From the NCBI GenBank assembly GCA_964270895.1, contig OZ185437.1: a stretch of DNA of 64,000 nt. One strand, 5' to 3'. Under the pieces are notes generated by a model. The model worked only from the letters and a program-made list of their open reading frames with translations. It had not been told where the DNA came from and did no database searches. The position numbers and the translations under genes are program-made. Each line of letters opens with the position of its first letter. The stretch's first letter is position 1. Origin of the DNA: Podarcis filfolensis (Eukaryota). Below are positions 13,930-27,970 of the stretch, piece after piece.

Positions 13930-14292
13930 TTAAAATGTGTTTGGGGTGTTATTGGGTTGTTGTTTTAATTTTCATTATGTACTTCACGGTTTTATATTCT
14001 GATTTTATCCTGTGAACTGCCCTGAGACTTGCAGGCACAGGGTAGTACAGTGGTACCTCGGGTTACATACACTTCAGGTTACAGACTCCGCTAACCCGGA
14101 AATATTACCTCGGGTTAAGAACTTTGCTTCAGGATGAGAACAGAAATCATGCAGCGGCAGCAGGAGGCCCTATTAGCTAAAGTGGTGCTTCAGGTTAAGA
14201 ACAGTTTCAGGTTAAGAACAGACCTCCAGAACGAATTAAATTCTTAACCCGAGGTACCACTGTATATAAATTCAATAAATAAATAAAATAAA
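13930..14292 (+). mobile_element. L2/CR1-class LINE 3' tail interrupted by a MITE
   Basis: TTTTATCCTGTGAACTGCCCTGAG...GGGTAGTA[MITE]TATAAATTCAATAAATAAATAAAA, similar to the tails at 27.9 kb and 42.6 kb. Confidence 0.6.
14048..14262 (+). mobile_element. Tigger/pogo-like (Tc1-mariner) MITE, copy 1
   Basis: Perfect 18-bp TIRs CAGTGGTACCTCGGGTTA / TAACCCGAGGTACCACTG flanked by a TA duplication (14046-47, 14263-64). Confidence 0.9.
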
Positions 14293-17200
14293 TAAATTCT
14301 GGTACTCCCAGGATACCCAAGCCACAGTCCCTCAACATGGGAAGTTGAGCAGATGCAGCACCTCAACTCTGCTTCCCTTTTATCCATTGAATCTTGATTG
14401 CAGCATCTGGGCTTGATGAGGCATGTGACCCTCACCTGTCCTGAGCCTAAGCCAGCTGAGGAATCACACTCCTCCTCCCAGAGCTAGTGAGCCCCACCTG
14501 GCCAGCTAGGAAGCTGGGCTATGGGCCCTTGCCTGCCTCAGCCTCCTAGAGTGTACCTCCCTCTGTTCCCCATGCCTCAAAGCCTGCCATGTTCATGGAG
14601 ACGGGGGCTCTTCTGGCTCTGGTAATGGACCCTGCTCCTCTGGTTCCTGTGCACTGACTCCCATCCCCTCACCATCTTCTGTTGCCCAGTGAGTACTTTC
14701 TGTGCCCCCAACCTCTCCTTCTCCATTCCCAGTTTGCCCTGATGTGTACCAGTCATGGCTACACCCTTCTTCAGGATCCTCTCCCTCTTCCCCATCGTCT
14801 TCTCGGGGCACTTCTAAAGAAATTCAAAAGTGCCCTGAGAAGAAGGCAGAAAAATAGAAGCCCATTTTGCAGGGGAAGTAAACTTCTGAGAAGCTAGAGG
14901 ACAGGCTTCAGTACAGCACTGGCACAAACATCCCAGGACAGTACTGTTGAGTGAATGTTGGCCGTTGCTCTGACCCACACTCATTGCTCGTTCTTTGCTT
15001 GCCCACTTGAGCAGGTAATCAATCAGTGGCAGAAGCAACTAATGCATTTGACTCTCTGTTCTGTGCAGACAGGCAGGCAGGCAGGAAGGGACCCAGTCCT
15101 AGAGAGAGAGGACAGGTAGTAGTGGCACCTGCTGGTTTCCCCTAAGAGGACCAAATAATATATTCTTAAGGCACACAATACAGTTCAACTGCTGAAGCTA
15201 AAGGGATCAGGCTTTGAGAAATGTCCGGATAAGAGACAAACCATATGTAAGCTACCATGTTTTTCTTAGAGGAGGAATGGTGTATAAATGTGACAAAAAT
15301 ACCTTTTATTTCATGTAAAAATGAACATTCAAAAAAACAAGCATACCTCTCTGTACTAGTTGATGGTGGCTTTCACCAACTTGCTGAGCGTATAAGCTTT
15401 CTTGGGCATCTACCAGGCCGCAGTTGGAAACAGATGAACTTTTGATCTGAACAGCAAGGCATGTTTTAATACTTTCTAATCCACTCTTGATATAATCTTT
15501 TGCAATCTGTTGACTCTGCACTCCTGGAACATTAGATTCACAATAAGCTTCTTGAACTCTTATGGCTTGCTCAGGTAAAAATTTAAGAGAGTGGCAATCT
15601 TGCCAAATGCTTTTTGGGAATTCCTTCTCCTAGTTTTCAAAAGTTAGAGTAATCTTTGGAACTTCAATGCCACACATCTTATGAAAGTATCATAGTAAGG
15701 GAAGAAAAATTACTTGCTTTTTAAGGAGAATGAAATTCTGAAAACATGTAAAATTGACACACAGTATTTCTGTACTTAAATTGTTTCACAAAGATGAAGG
15801 TAAATGCAGTTGGAACTACTCAAAAGCAGGGTACTAAGAGCTTCATGGCAAATGTTATATATGTGTTGTAAATTAGTTTTAGAATTGAGGGATGAATACA
15901 GATGGTAGAAGTAGATCTTTATTGACACCAGTTTCATTAAAGTGAATAGCAGAAACGGACCTAACTAAAAAGAAATAAGGATTCACAGTTCCAGGATGAT
16001 TATTATTTAAAAAAACACACAAAAATATTCTGCCATAAAGAGTATGTGGTTACCTTGTGCCTTGTATGCTTCATAACCAGCCTGTGCCTCTCACTGGTTT
16101 GCTGAAAAAAATTAAGTTTGGATAGCCCCGCATATGCTTCTCCAAACTCTCTGGAGAACAGATGGAATACAAATGTGATAGCTAAATAAACAAATAATTG
16201 AAGGATTTTGATATGTCTAGCCAAGTTCTAATGGCCAGTGGGTATGAAGACTGTCCATTAGAAGCTGCCTTAATTTGCTTGACATGTTGCCTGCCATTGG
16301 TACACAGAGAGAATTTTCTTGACACTGAGGCAAATTTTTAAAAAATAAAATTAAGACTAAAAATGACATAGGAAACTTCCTGATTTGTGTGCTGAGCCAC
16401 AGCACATGAAAGGCTCACTACATGCAGACAGTTGCCATGGAGAGTGATTTCAAGCAGTCTTCATGTGGCAGCCATTTTGTGTGTGGTGGCTCAGGGTATA
16501 TACAAAGCCTGTTCCAGGTGAAAATAATAGAAGTTCATTAAGTTTCCAGGTATATACTTAACCTATATATTCCTGGTAAGTTTCCTAATTATCAAATGAA
16601 ACTCTTCTGCTTTTCAGATTCCATCCTCCACCCCCAAGAATGGGAATGTTTCAGATAGGAATCCCTACATTATTTACTTCTATTCAGATGAGGTTATTTT
16701 TTATGAACAATCTGATTTTCTGAGAAAGTTGAATGACCTCAGTTTTTGTAATGATCTCTAGAAACAGATACTTGAGGGTGTTGCTTGATCTGAATTCTTA
16801 AGCAAGCCAACCTGATTTGTACTTCCCAGGCAAGGATCAGTAATTATTTTTGCACTTAGTAGTGAATTTTGCAGTGCAGTTCTTTGATCAGAACTGCATA
16901 TGACAATGTACCTTGCACATTAAAATGCATACAGAAGTTCCTTGTAGGATAAATTGCATTTTTGTATGCACTTTCTTCTTTTAAAAAGTGCAAAAATACA
17001 TTTGAAAATAATGTAAATAAATGTTCATGTTTGTATTTTTAATTACTCATTGATGCAGACACAAAACTGAATTACCTTATGAGTGAACATGTGCAAAACT
17101 GACACTGACCAGAAACAGACTGATCTGTCTATCCCTAGATTTCCCCTAAAGTTTTAAGTTGGTATACAAAGTGATGTTTTGTGGTTAATGGAGGCAAGAG

Positions 17201-20200
17201 ACTGTTTGGACTTGACCGTCTTGGTGCTGTCTTCCATGTGACATACAGAGCTATGGGTCACCACAGATCAAAAAGCTTTGGAATATGTTTTCCCTCCTCT
17301 TCCATTTTTCTGTAAAAAACTACACTTGCCAGTTGTGATGTTGAGGATTGATTAATTGTATTTATGAGATAATTAGGGATAACAGAAAATTTTTAAGGGC
17401 TTCCTGTTAGTGACTTTGATATTCTTACTGCATATAATGTTTTGGGGCTATTGTAAAAGCATGCTTTTATTTGAAGGAATAAGCTGTATGAACTGAGGCA
17501 CATGTATAGGCAAGAAAAATGTTTAATTCGTACAACAGAAATAGTTCTGCTTTTCTTTACTGCTGTGCTGCGGTCTGATAGCACTAGGAAGCTGGCAAAC
17601 AAAGGTTTTCTCCGGCAGATGCCAACAATCCTACTGAGTGACCTCCCCAGCTTCCTGGAGAGTTGCTCTATTTATACTGGTTGCAATTCCAATCCGAGTG
17701 GTTTCTGAAATTGAACAGCAGTCAATTTATTTTCAGGTACCACTCCATTTGGAATTGCAATTAGGATAACAAGATCAGTTCTCTAGTGCAGGAAATTGGG
17801 AAGGTCACGCTACAAGATGGTTGGCGTCTTGATGGGGGCCCCCTGCTACTTCAGATCAAGGGAATCTCACCCAACTGATCTAATTATGAAACCTTCTCAA
17901 AAGTTCATGAATATGCGTGACACAATCACCAATATTTGACGTTAATTTCACTTGAGGAAATAACAACCCTGATATTCCACGTCTGAGTTGTAATGATTCA
18001 CAGCAGGGGAGTCCCAGGGGAAAAAAATGTTGTATTCTCCTGAACAGAGACACTAGACAGTATTGTGAGACATGTTGTCCAGTATATGCTGTGTCATTAA
18101 GGTCATAAGATATTGGCAGCATTTTCACTGTCAGATATGAGGCCACCTGGAGAATTTCCATGGGCTGCATTCACACAGCGCTTTTGTCCATTTCCCCTAC
18201 ATTTCCCTAACTTAATCCCAGCGCTATATTGGAGCTTGTACATAGTGTAAAAGCCACTTCCAGAAAACTAATGGAATAAAACCCATTTTTAGTGCTCATT
18301 TCCATGTTATCTGATTCCAGAAAAAAAATCTACTTGCAGTCTCCTTAACCCAGAAAATTGTGAGAGTAAAGTGATGAAATTTGGGTTGGCATACCAGCGT
18401 ACAGTTCTTTCCTGTTTTCGTGGAGGAATCATTGGGGGGTGGGGTGGGAGGCAGAAGCATGCATGTGTGGAAATGGTAAGAGAGGAGTGATGGTGTCCAA
18501 TGGCACCTGTTGTTGAGCAACACACCCACTGGTGTGAATGAAGTTTAGCATTAACCTTTCCCTTTTCTCCTGCCGTTTCTATCTAATGAAAATTGGGCAG
18601 AGACTATGAATTGTTTTGGACAATATGAAGGAGAGTTGGCAGAGGAAGTCACACATCCTTTGTGCACTTTCTGTGTAACATTTGAAGTTTCACTTTGTGG
18701 AGAAATATGATCAGTAGCTCTGTGTGTGGGAGCTAACATATCTCATCAAGGAGATGAATGGGTACCCTCTTTGGATAATATACAGGAAGCATCAATATAC
18801 AAATAAAGACACATAAGTCACTTGGACTTTCTTTGTGTTTCATTGTTAGCATGTGAGGTTGCTCTGTGCTTCATCTGTGAATACAGCTGGTACCAAATAA
18901 ATGTTCCAGTGGCTTACAACCAGCCATTTATTGCCATACATACTGTGCTGCTAAAGTCAATGAATTTTAACAAGCATTACCAAGTAATGTCAAGACTGAT
19001 TGAGTTTGGAAGAGGTTACTGTCCTGTCTTGCCTCCTAAAGAATGCTATAGTGATTCCAGCTCCTTTGGGTAATCAGATCACAATTAATAACAGGGAAGG
19101 ACATTTATTTGTGATGACAATATATTATGTTTATACATGCATTCATCGATTCTGGAGACAATGCCAGGATCAGAGCCTTCCTTCAATAAAAAGGCAAGAA
19201 ATCTTAAAAAAAATTAAGCCCCTAGCCTTTGTGTGTGTGCCATGAGTTGTTGGCTGTATTTAATGATGAAAGGAACTGCTATTCACATATGTATACACAT
19301 ATTTAAGAAGGGGTAAAAATTTGACTTTCTAAGAATTCCTGATTTTGGTACTATGCAAATTTATTTAAATGTAATCAGTCAGAAAGGTACACTCACAAAC
19401 GTATGCTCAGCAGTAATTCACTTGACCAGCTGAAGTAATAACTATCGTATAGCAGGAGTATCACCTGATGTCTAACTCTTTATAGATACATTAGAAATTC
19501 CAAACATAGCAGCTGCTCTATGATAGCCTGACTACATGAAAGCTATCATGTGATTACCATAAGTCTGAGGAAATTTGCCTTCCAGTTGCATTAATATGAC
19601 ATGGCAACTGTGCTTCATTGCTCTTAGATGCAATCTCTAACATTCTTGTTCCAAACATGGTCAGGCATCAGGTGGAGAAAATGAAACTTTCATTTTCCTT
19701 CTGGAGTTTTCTTTTTTGTAATTGCCCAGTGCCTGTGCTACCCTGTTTGCAGAGTAGCTGATATTGGTTCCATGAATGAAAGATGCAAGGAAGGGCAGCT
19801 GTTAAAATGTCTCCATGGTTGACCTGCTAGAGGTTTGCGGGTGCCTCTTACTCCTGTTTGTGGAGACGCAAGTGCTTCCATTTATTTTGGCCACTCATGC
19901 ACTGGACAGTGTCCCCACTCACCCACCCCTAAAAACTGTTTGGTTCCTCTAACTCCTGCCATAGTGCTTCTGTATAGAGCTGTGACATGGGATTTATAGT
20001 GAAGGGAGAATCTAAATTCCTGGGGAATCTCCACATAGGATCTACCAACTCAGCAAGTTCAGGAAGTTGCTCCCAAGGAGATACCAGCTTATGTAGGAGG
20101 CCATGTTCTGCCTTGCAGACTGTGCAGCTGCACTGACCCTGCACTGTGTCTGAAATGTGGCTTTTACTTTCTAAATGCTTGTCCTAGCAATTCAGTTTGC

Positions 20201-23200
20201 AAGCCACTGAAACATTGGCAGGCCATAGTACAGGCCTGATCCTTTCTGCCTGTTGTTACTCTGTCTCTAATTCCCTATCAGGAGATTACCTTTATTAATA
20301 GATTGTTGGTTGCGAGTATATTCTGATACTTATGAGTACAAAATGACTCATGTATGCCATTTATTTGTGAATATTGCAGTGCCTGGTGTGCAAACACAAT
20401 TACTCTAGTCATCTGTTGTCTGTAGTGTATAACATCAGCACTATTTTAAAGATCCACCCACAGTCAGCAGTATTTTAGCAGTCTGACTCTTTTCTCTGAC
20501 ATAAGCATATGGATCCTAATTAGTTTTAACTGAGATTTCTTCTGTTATGATAAAATTTATTACAAGCTGCCCTCAATATAGAGATGTAGGCACGTGTACA
20601 ATATAATCTGTTTCTTTGCGTTTTATCCTGATTTTTTGTTGTTTTCTGGTAGGTGCCTGTGAGATGGTTAAACAAGCAGAACATAGAGGATCCACTTACT
20701 GGTGGACTGGATGATTAAGTGATAGAACATAAGTAGCTTTTTAAAATTTTATTTTAGCAGTGATGTTCACAGATAGAGAAACTCTGCTAATCCTTCCAAT
20801 GATGTGCCAAAGGCACAAGTTAGTTTCAAAGGACAGACAAAATGATAGATGAAGAGATTCATTGGTATCTGCTCTGAGGACTCATGCTACAATCAGAGCT
20901 GGTGGGGGGGAATAATTTTTGTTAGACAATAAGTTTCACTGATAAAATCGGAGCTGAGTTGTAAAAATTATAAAGAACAGTTGAGCCCATAGCATAATAA
21001 AAAGTCAAATTATGCAAATTATAAAGTACCTAGCCATAGGCTAATCTTACATAATGAAGTGTTGAACAAGCAAAGCAGGGGACCCCTTTTTTGGTGGGAT
21101 AGGGATAAAATCATACTCAAAAACATAATTTAAAACAGAATTGAAGATCCATGAATCTACCAGTAATGTGTTCAAAACCTTTCAATGTAAAATGAGCATA
21201 TAAATGGTATAACCAAACAAAATAAAATACCTGTGACACGCTGGTAACATATGAACTGTGCTTGTCAGTTTCCATTCTTTTTAACTTCATACATACTGTT
21301 AGGTGTTCCCAAATTCTCTGCACAATAAGATTTTCAGTGTTTCATTGGTTACCAGGGCTTGGTTTCCTTTGGAATTTAACTATTTATTTAATAGGGTGTG
21401 CAACTACTTTTTAGGCAAAATTTGCCCCAAAGTGATATATATAATCCAACAACAGAACCATTTAAAAAAGAATCAAAATACAAATAGTCCATCTATCTCT
21501 GGAGAACAGCATCCAATAGCTCAGCCCCCAAAGGCCATGATGAAGAAAGGAGTCTTTGAGGCTCTTTAAAATTAACAAGGGAAGGCGTGACTTTACTGGA
21601 GGCTTGCTGGTGCTCTGTAATATTTGTGTTTGTTTAGAAGCATAAAGGTTGAGCATAGGTGGAAGTACAGTATTAAACACTCCAATGGCTGTCCTAGGTT
21701 CAGTACTCCCACATCAGTTTCTCTATGAAGGTGCAGGAAGAAATGCATGCCCCCTTTTCCAAAATGTCTCTCCTCTCCCAGAATACTTACCAGTCATCAT
21801 TTAAATGAAGGTCTACCAGTTATTCCTTATGGCTGGTGTAGTAACCTTTGGCCCCCAGGTGCTGGAGAATGATAACTTCCATGCTTACTAGGGCTGATGG
21901 AAATTATAGTTCATCAACATCTGGAGGGCCAAAAAATCTAGACTATGCCCAGCTAGACCTGTTCAGCCAGGGTGTTTTTTTTTTACCAACTTATAGTTTT
22001 TATTTTTACAATCACAAGCACACAGGGTTGGAAGAGACCCCAAGAGATCACCAGTTAGTTCAACACCAAACCAGTAACAATGTATTTGCTAAGAAGCAAA
22101 AATTGTATTTCTTCTGATGCTTTTTTTGTCATTTGGGCCCATAAACGTGTTTCCGTTATTTAAGAACTGGGAGTAATATTTTCAATTGTAGAGAGAAACC
22201 ATTAGTAAGATTATTTTGTTTCTATTTTAAAAATCACCCTTCTCAACTCTGATGTCCACTGTCGTTTAGCCCCAAATTCTGCTCACACAGTTTTTCTCTT
22301 GAATTTAGCTGCTGGGGCTACACACACATACCACTCTCTTCAAAAAGAAGAAATCAGTTATGAAGATGAGGAAATGTGGAGGGGTATTAACTTTAGCCCC
22401 CTTTTAGCCCTGAATAGATTCAGAGACACCATTATTGCTTATTGAAAAGGGCTCCACCCACATAGCCCTTGCAGGTGGGTCAAGGAGAGAAATGGCCATT
22501 GTACAGAACACCCATTTGAATGTTCTGTTACTTTTCCAGTTCAGGGTACATCCACAATACATCTCTGACTCCTAGCTTGATCAGGAGAAAATATTTTACT
22601 GTAAGGCTCTAGCATTTATATGCAATGTTCAACACTCTTTTCTGAATTCTAAGAGAGTTATGTTTTGTGCCACAAGTGGTTAATGACCCAGCCCTTTGGA
22701 TTCTTTCTAAAACTCTTTGATTCTACCACCACCACCCCAGCTTGGAGAAAAGAGAGTTATTATAGAGTGAGTTATTGCTTTTGAATAGGATCTTGTATAT
22801 TGAAGTTAAAAGGAAAAGCACTGAGAACCTCTGTGCTTAACCTCTCTCCTGCTTTGAATTGCTTTCTGTATTTCTGGAGAGAAATTGCACATAATGTAAA
22901 TGTGGCATTATGACACATGTATTTGACTGCCAGAAATAAAGTTCACAGATGAAGAAACTCCACTAAGCTTGTCTCCTGTTTCAGTGGTTTGCCCAGGGCA
23001 CAAGTCAATTTCAAAGGACAGACAAGAAGAAAGACCAAGGAGCTCATTGGTGGCCATTCTTCTGAGGACTCAGTAAAGCTTGTAGGAGCTCAGCAAGAAA
23101 ATGGGAGCTGAGTTGTGCAAATTACACAATTGAGCCTTTAATATAGTCAGTCAAAATGTCAGGATTCCAGTGAATTATTTACACTTTCTGGCTGTTCTTC

Positions 23201-23270
23201 CCATTTCAGGAGACCTGTGGGAAGTATCACTGGTAACACTCAGAAATTGCCACAATCTATTTGTAATCCA

Positions 23271-23620
23271 AGGGACACGGGTGGCGCTGTGGGTTAAACC
23301 ACAGAGCCTAGGACTTGCCGATCAAAAGGTTGGCGGTTTGAATCCCCGCGACGGGGTGAGCTCCCGTTGCTCGGTCCCTGCTCCTGCCAACCTAGCAGTT
23401 CGAAAGCATGTCAAAGTGCAAGTAGATAAATAGGTACCGCTCCAGCGGGAAGGTAAACGGCGTTTCCGTGCGCTGCTCTGGTTCGCCAGAAGCAGCTTAG
23501 ACATGCTGGCCACATGACCTGGAAGCTGTACACCGGCTCCCTCGGCCAATAAAGCAAGATGAGCGCCGCAACCCCAGAGTCGGTCACGACTGAACCTAAT
23601 GGTCAGGGGTCCCTTTACCT
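23271..23620 (+). mobile_element. Sauria SINE, full length, copy 1
   Basis: tRNA-like head GGGACACGGGTGGCGCTGTGGGTTAAACC..GGCGGTTTGAATCCC; BovB-like tail AGAGTCGGTCACGACT..TTTACCT; 13-bp TSD TATTTGTAATCCA at 23258-23270 and 23621-23633. Confidence 0.93.
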
Positions 23621-26600
23621 TATTTGTAATCCATCTAAAAAGATCTGAGAAAAATTCATTATTATTTTCATGGACAATTGGTAAGCGAACATTTACAAAA
23701 TAATGTTGTTATATTTTCAACATGAGTCTTTTTCAGAAAATATGTCTGTCCTCTGTGATTTTTTTTAAAGATATGGTGTAAAAATGAGTATATAATAAAT
23801 AATAAGATGCCATTGATAATGTTAAACATAGGCCAATATTTACATAATGACAGGCAAAATTGCTTCCAAAGTTCTAGTCATCATAAGCATCAGTCATTCT
23901 GATGATTGTTCATCTGTTGTGTACTGGCTGTTTAGATATTTTGTAATAACACATTGCTTGTACAATTGTGTGGTGTGTTTTATATCAAATAAAGGTTGAT
24001 GTAATGATATTTATGTATACGGTATAAGCATTGAGATTTTAGTTACAATGCATATTTATCTCTCATCATCTCTTTTCAGAAGGCTCCCATATTACCAATA
24101 TTTTCAGTGATGATTTTGCTATCTCACTGAAAGATATTTAGGCTAAAATATTCTGGATGCTTACATGCAAATATGCCTTACTGAATGTACAGGAATCTGT
24201 ACAGCAATGTGGCATACTGGGAACAATATAGATCTTGTGTAAATTATGGACTGTATTAGCTCTGTAATGGATTCATAATTATCTGATATTGGGGTTTGTT
24301 ACATGCTGACTGAGAATAATTTAAAATTAATTTCTGTTGTAAGATTATGTGAAACTTAGTATGACTGTTGGTGGTAGGCAAGTGTTACTGCCCAAATTTA
24401 CTAGAAAGAGTCTTCTAAGAATGAAAAGGGTGATGGCGACAATAGCTGTTAAAAGGTCTAAGTACTAGAAAATGAGAGCAAACCAAAGGAAAAATGTATG
24501 AGTGAAGAACATTCGGGAATTGTTTTACCATAAGGTCAAACTGTATGTTACATTGAATGTGTAACTACATTTAATGTATCTGTTTGAGTTGCATATCTCA
24601 AATGGATATTCATGCGTATCCCAGCTTTGACCTGTACTAAAGTGACAGTACACCTTATGCTTTTTAGGAACAAAGCCACTAAGCATGCCATTTCTATGAA
24701 ATTTACAAAACCAGGTCTGTTTTTCATGTCTTAGTAACACCTTAGCTTACTCTGACATTCATGTTTAATCTTTCTTTTTATAGAACTGCTTGTGTAACAG
24801 AAATGACTATGTCACAATGAAAGACAAACCCCATAGAGGCAATTTTAGCAAACAAGACTGTGACTATTTTTCAGTGCAATTGGTTGTCACAATTCCTTTC
24901 TTTCCCTCTTCCCTTTTTCTTTCTCTTTTAACCAGTAATCTTTCAAGAACTGGAATTACCTCTTATCTCTGTTTCTCCAGCATACAAAAACAATTAAACC
25001 CTATAACTAAGCATAGTTTTATTCTGTTCCACAATGTAAATATTTATTAAAGCAGGAATGTCTACAGTTCTGGGCCAAGACATTTTGCTTCCTGAGGTGA
25101 AAATAGTACTGAAAGCATCTCACTCAGCCCAATGGTAGGTCTGGGCCTGACAGATGTATGGGATCATTGTTAGGGTACGTTGTTGAGGACCTCAAAACCC
25201 CAGATTGAGTTCCTGCTCTTACAACAACTATTCTTAATTCCTGTCTATAAAATGAGATGATAGCAGGGTTGCAACAGTATTTAATGAATCAAAAAATTCT
25301 ACCTCAATACAAAAAAATGGAGCTGTGTAGATCTCTTGAACATCTCTTGATCATTAAGCTGACACTGATCTTTAAAAGGATGTGTGTATATTCCAGGCTC
25401 AGCAGAAAATGGAGGTTCTACTAGTCCAGCATTTTCTTCTGGAAGCTCACTAGCAGGGCATGCTGTGAAAGTGATGCTTATCTTCTGTTTTATTTATATC
25501 TTGCTTCTAATAATCTGAGGAATTTTGCCCATTTACACAGAGGTTCCATTATGCCATCATAGCTAATGACCATTAACAGACATAACTTCCATGAATTTTC
25601 CTAATCATTTTATCAAAGGCATCTAAACTTGCAGACAACACCACAAACATCATCTTGTGTAGTTAAACATGATGTTTAACCTGTCCCTCCTATTGAAGAG
25701 TATTGACAATTGCACTACAAGGAGTAGGGCTGGGATCCAACCATGATGTTTCACAATTTAGAGAAGACTTAGCACACCACACCAATCAAATGCTGCTATG
25801 CTATACCGAACTATACTTTTTCTTATTAATTGACTAATAGACAGAAGCAGGTGCAGGCATAATGTTTATATTTACTGACTACATGAAATATATTTACATT
25901 TGCTCACTTTCTGCCAATAAATTACTGTATGACAGCAGGCTCAAGGGCGTACCACGCCTTATCATGTAATAATCACACACCTAGGTGGTTAATAGCATTT
26001 GCCATTGGCCTGCTGCCTAGCAAGAAACCATGATATGTGATTTGTATGAGTAGGGACACATGCCATGGCATGTTATATGGCTTAATAAAAAAAAAAATAA
26101 GGTTCTGTTTTCAGCTTTAATTTTGCTGTCACCAATGTTTGCATTCCTGTTTTTTTATTGGTTAGAGTCCTAAGAGAAATGGATAGGAGGAATGAGAGGG
26201 GGGAGGAAAGATAAAATATTTATGACTTAATATGTTTTAGACCTGGAATAAATACATAAAATTGTCTAAATAATCTCCTAGGGACAGGGGAATTTTGAGC
26301 CAATGTTTTTAACTTGGTTCCCATTCTTTTGTATATTTCCTTTTCGTTTAGAAATGAAATCGGTGCTGTTCATCTTCTTTTTTTAATAATCACCTTGACA
26401 ATCACAAAGACAGAACACTCCTTTCTGATCATTCACATTCAGCTCAAGGTGCGAGGAGGTACATCTGAATGCAAGGGAAGCATACTGAATCCTAGTTCTC
26501 AATGAGGTAGCAGCTTTGTGTTTGGGCTTCTGATTGCAGCACTTCAGGCTTGCCGATAATGGTTCCCAGGATAAGATGGCTCCCTGACTGTAAAAGGATT

Positions 26601-27662
26601 CCTGCACACAGAAGAACTAACATGCCAAGGAGAAGGCTAGACTATAATATTTCTAATAATAATTAGAGTGTGTTTATGGAAGCCCAGTACCCACCTGCAA
26701 CCCAAAATGGTATAGCCGAGGCAGTTTTATTATTTCAATGTCAATTACATATTTTCATTTTTTAAAAGTATCCTTGAGTGCCATGGGAAGTCTCAAACCC
26801 ATCAGCTGACTGGCAATTCTGTTCCTCTACAGCTTACTGGGGCCTGTTCTCCATCAGTCCTGTTCCTTGCAAGGCTCCACTTCTAGCAAAATAAAATATA
26901 CGTATCAGAACTAATTGTTCTGACCTGTCCATACCAGATTCCCACAGCAGCAAGGCAGGACAGTGGCTGAAGCACCATGGATAGATTCAAGTGAGCAATT
27001 TGCTGTGACAGAGGCAGAAGGTGAACCAAGGCCTCCTCTGGTCCACCTTCCCCAAGGTCCACCCCACTTGGGCTAAAGAAGATGGCTCTTAAAGGGCCAC
27101 ATATTCCTAGTGTGCAAAGGAGTACTTGTTCACTTGTCCCATCTGGCATGGTCCCAGCACCATTTGTCAGGTTGTTAGCAATGGAAGCCCTTGATTCCTT
27201 TGAGGGGCCTGGCTCAAGGGGCAGTATCCCTTGTACAACTTGAGCAGTCTCACAACTGCCAGAAAGTCAATATCTGTGATCAACAATATTGAAGAGTCTT
27301 CCCTAGAAAGGGTAGTTTGGCTATAGTCAATAACTGGCTGAATAATCAACAACAACATTAGATGGTGGGCAGGGACCAGGTGATTACAGGGCTTGAGATA
27401 GTTGAGCCTGTACTGTGCCTAAATGGTAGCATTTACCAACTAAATCCAGGTTCTTCCATTTGTCACCCATATGCCCCAAATAGTCCCATCATCTAATGAT
27501 TGGGAAGGGTGCCTGGCGACAGCCATCAAATTCAGCAGGCATAATTCTCATAACTGCAATACGTCAAGAACCACCTCTCCCTATATGAGCCAACCTGGAC
27601 CTAGCAATTATCATCTGATGCCCTTCTTTGTGCGCCCTGTCCACGATATGGCTGGAGGATAG

Positions 27663-27970
27663 CAACATGAGAACTGGCCTTTTCTGCAGTGGCTCCCCAT
27701 TTGTGGAATGCTCTCCCCAGGGAGGCTTGCCTGTCACCTTCATTGTACGTCTTTAGGTGCCAGGCGAAAATGTTTCTCTTCAGCCAGGCCTTTGGTTGAT
27801 TAACATTCTGTGTCCTTTTAAATATTGGGGGGGGGCATGCTATTGGTTTGTTTTGCTTTCGTTCTTATATTTATTGTGTATTATGTGTTTTTATTTTATA
27901 TTTTTATGCTGTGAACCACCCTGAGATTTTTGACTGAAGGTTGTGTACTAATTAATTAATTAATTAATAA
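27663..27970 (+). mobile_element. L2-class LINE 3' end
   Basis: GGCCTTTTCTGCAGTGGCTCCCCATTTGTGGAATGCTCTCCCCAGGGAGG..CCAGGCCTTTGG..TGTGAACCACCCTGAG, ending in an (AATT)n tail. Boundaries approximate. Confidence 0.75.

Noticed and set aside
23271-23350. tRNA gene
   Set aside because: This is the tRNA-derived head of a Sauria SINE (also at 42262), continuing into SINE body and tail with a TSD.
26883-27260. Extended minus-strand open frame (about 125 codons)
   Set aside because: No recognisable domain or splice signals; probably an old TE remnant or chance.
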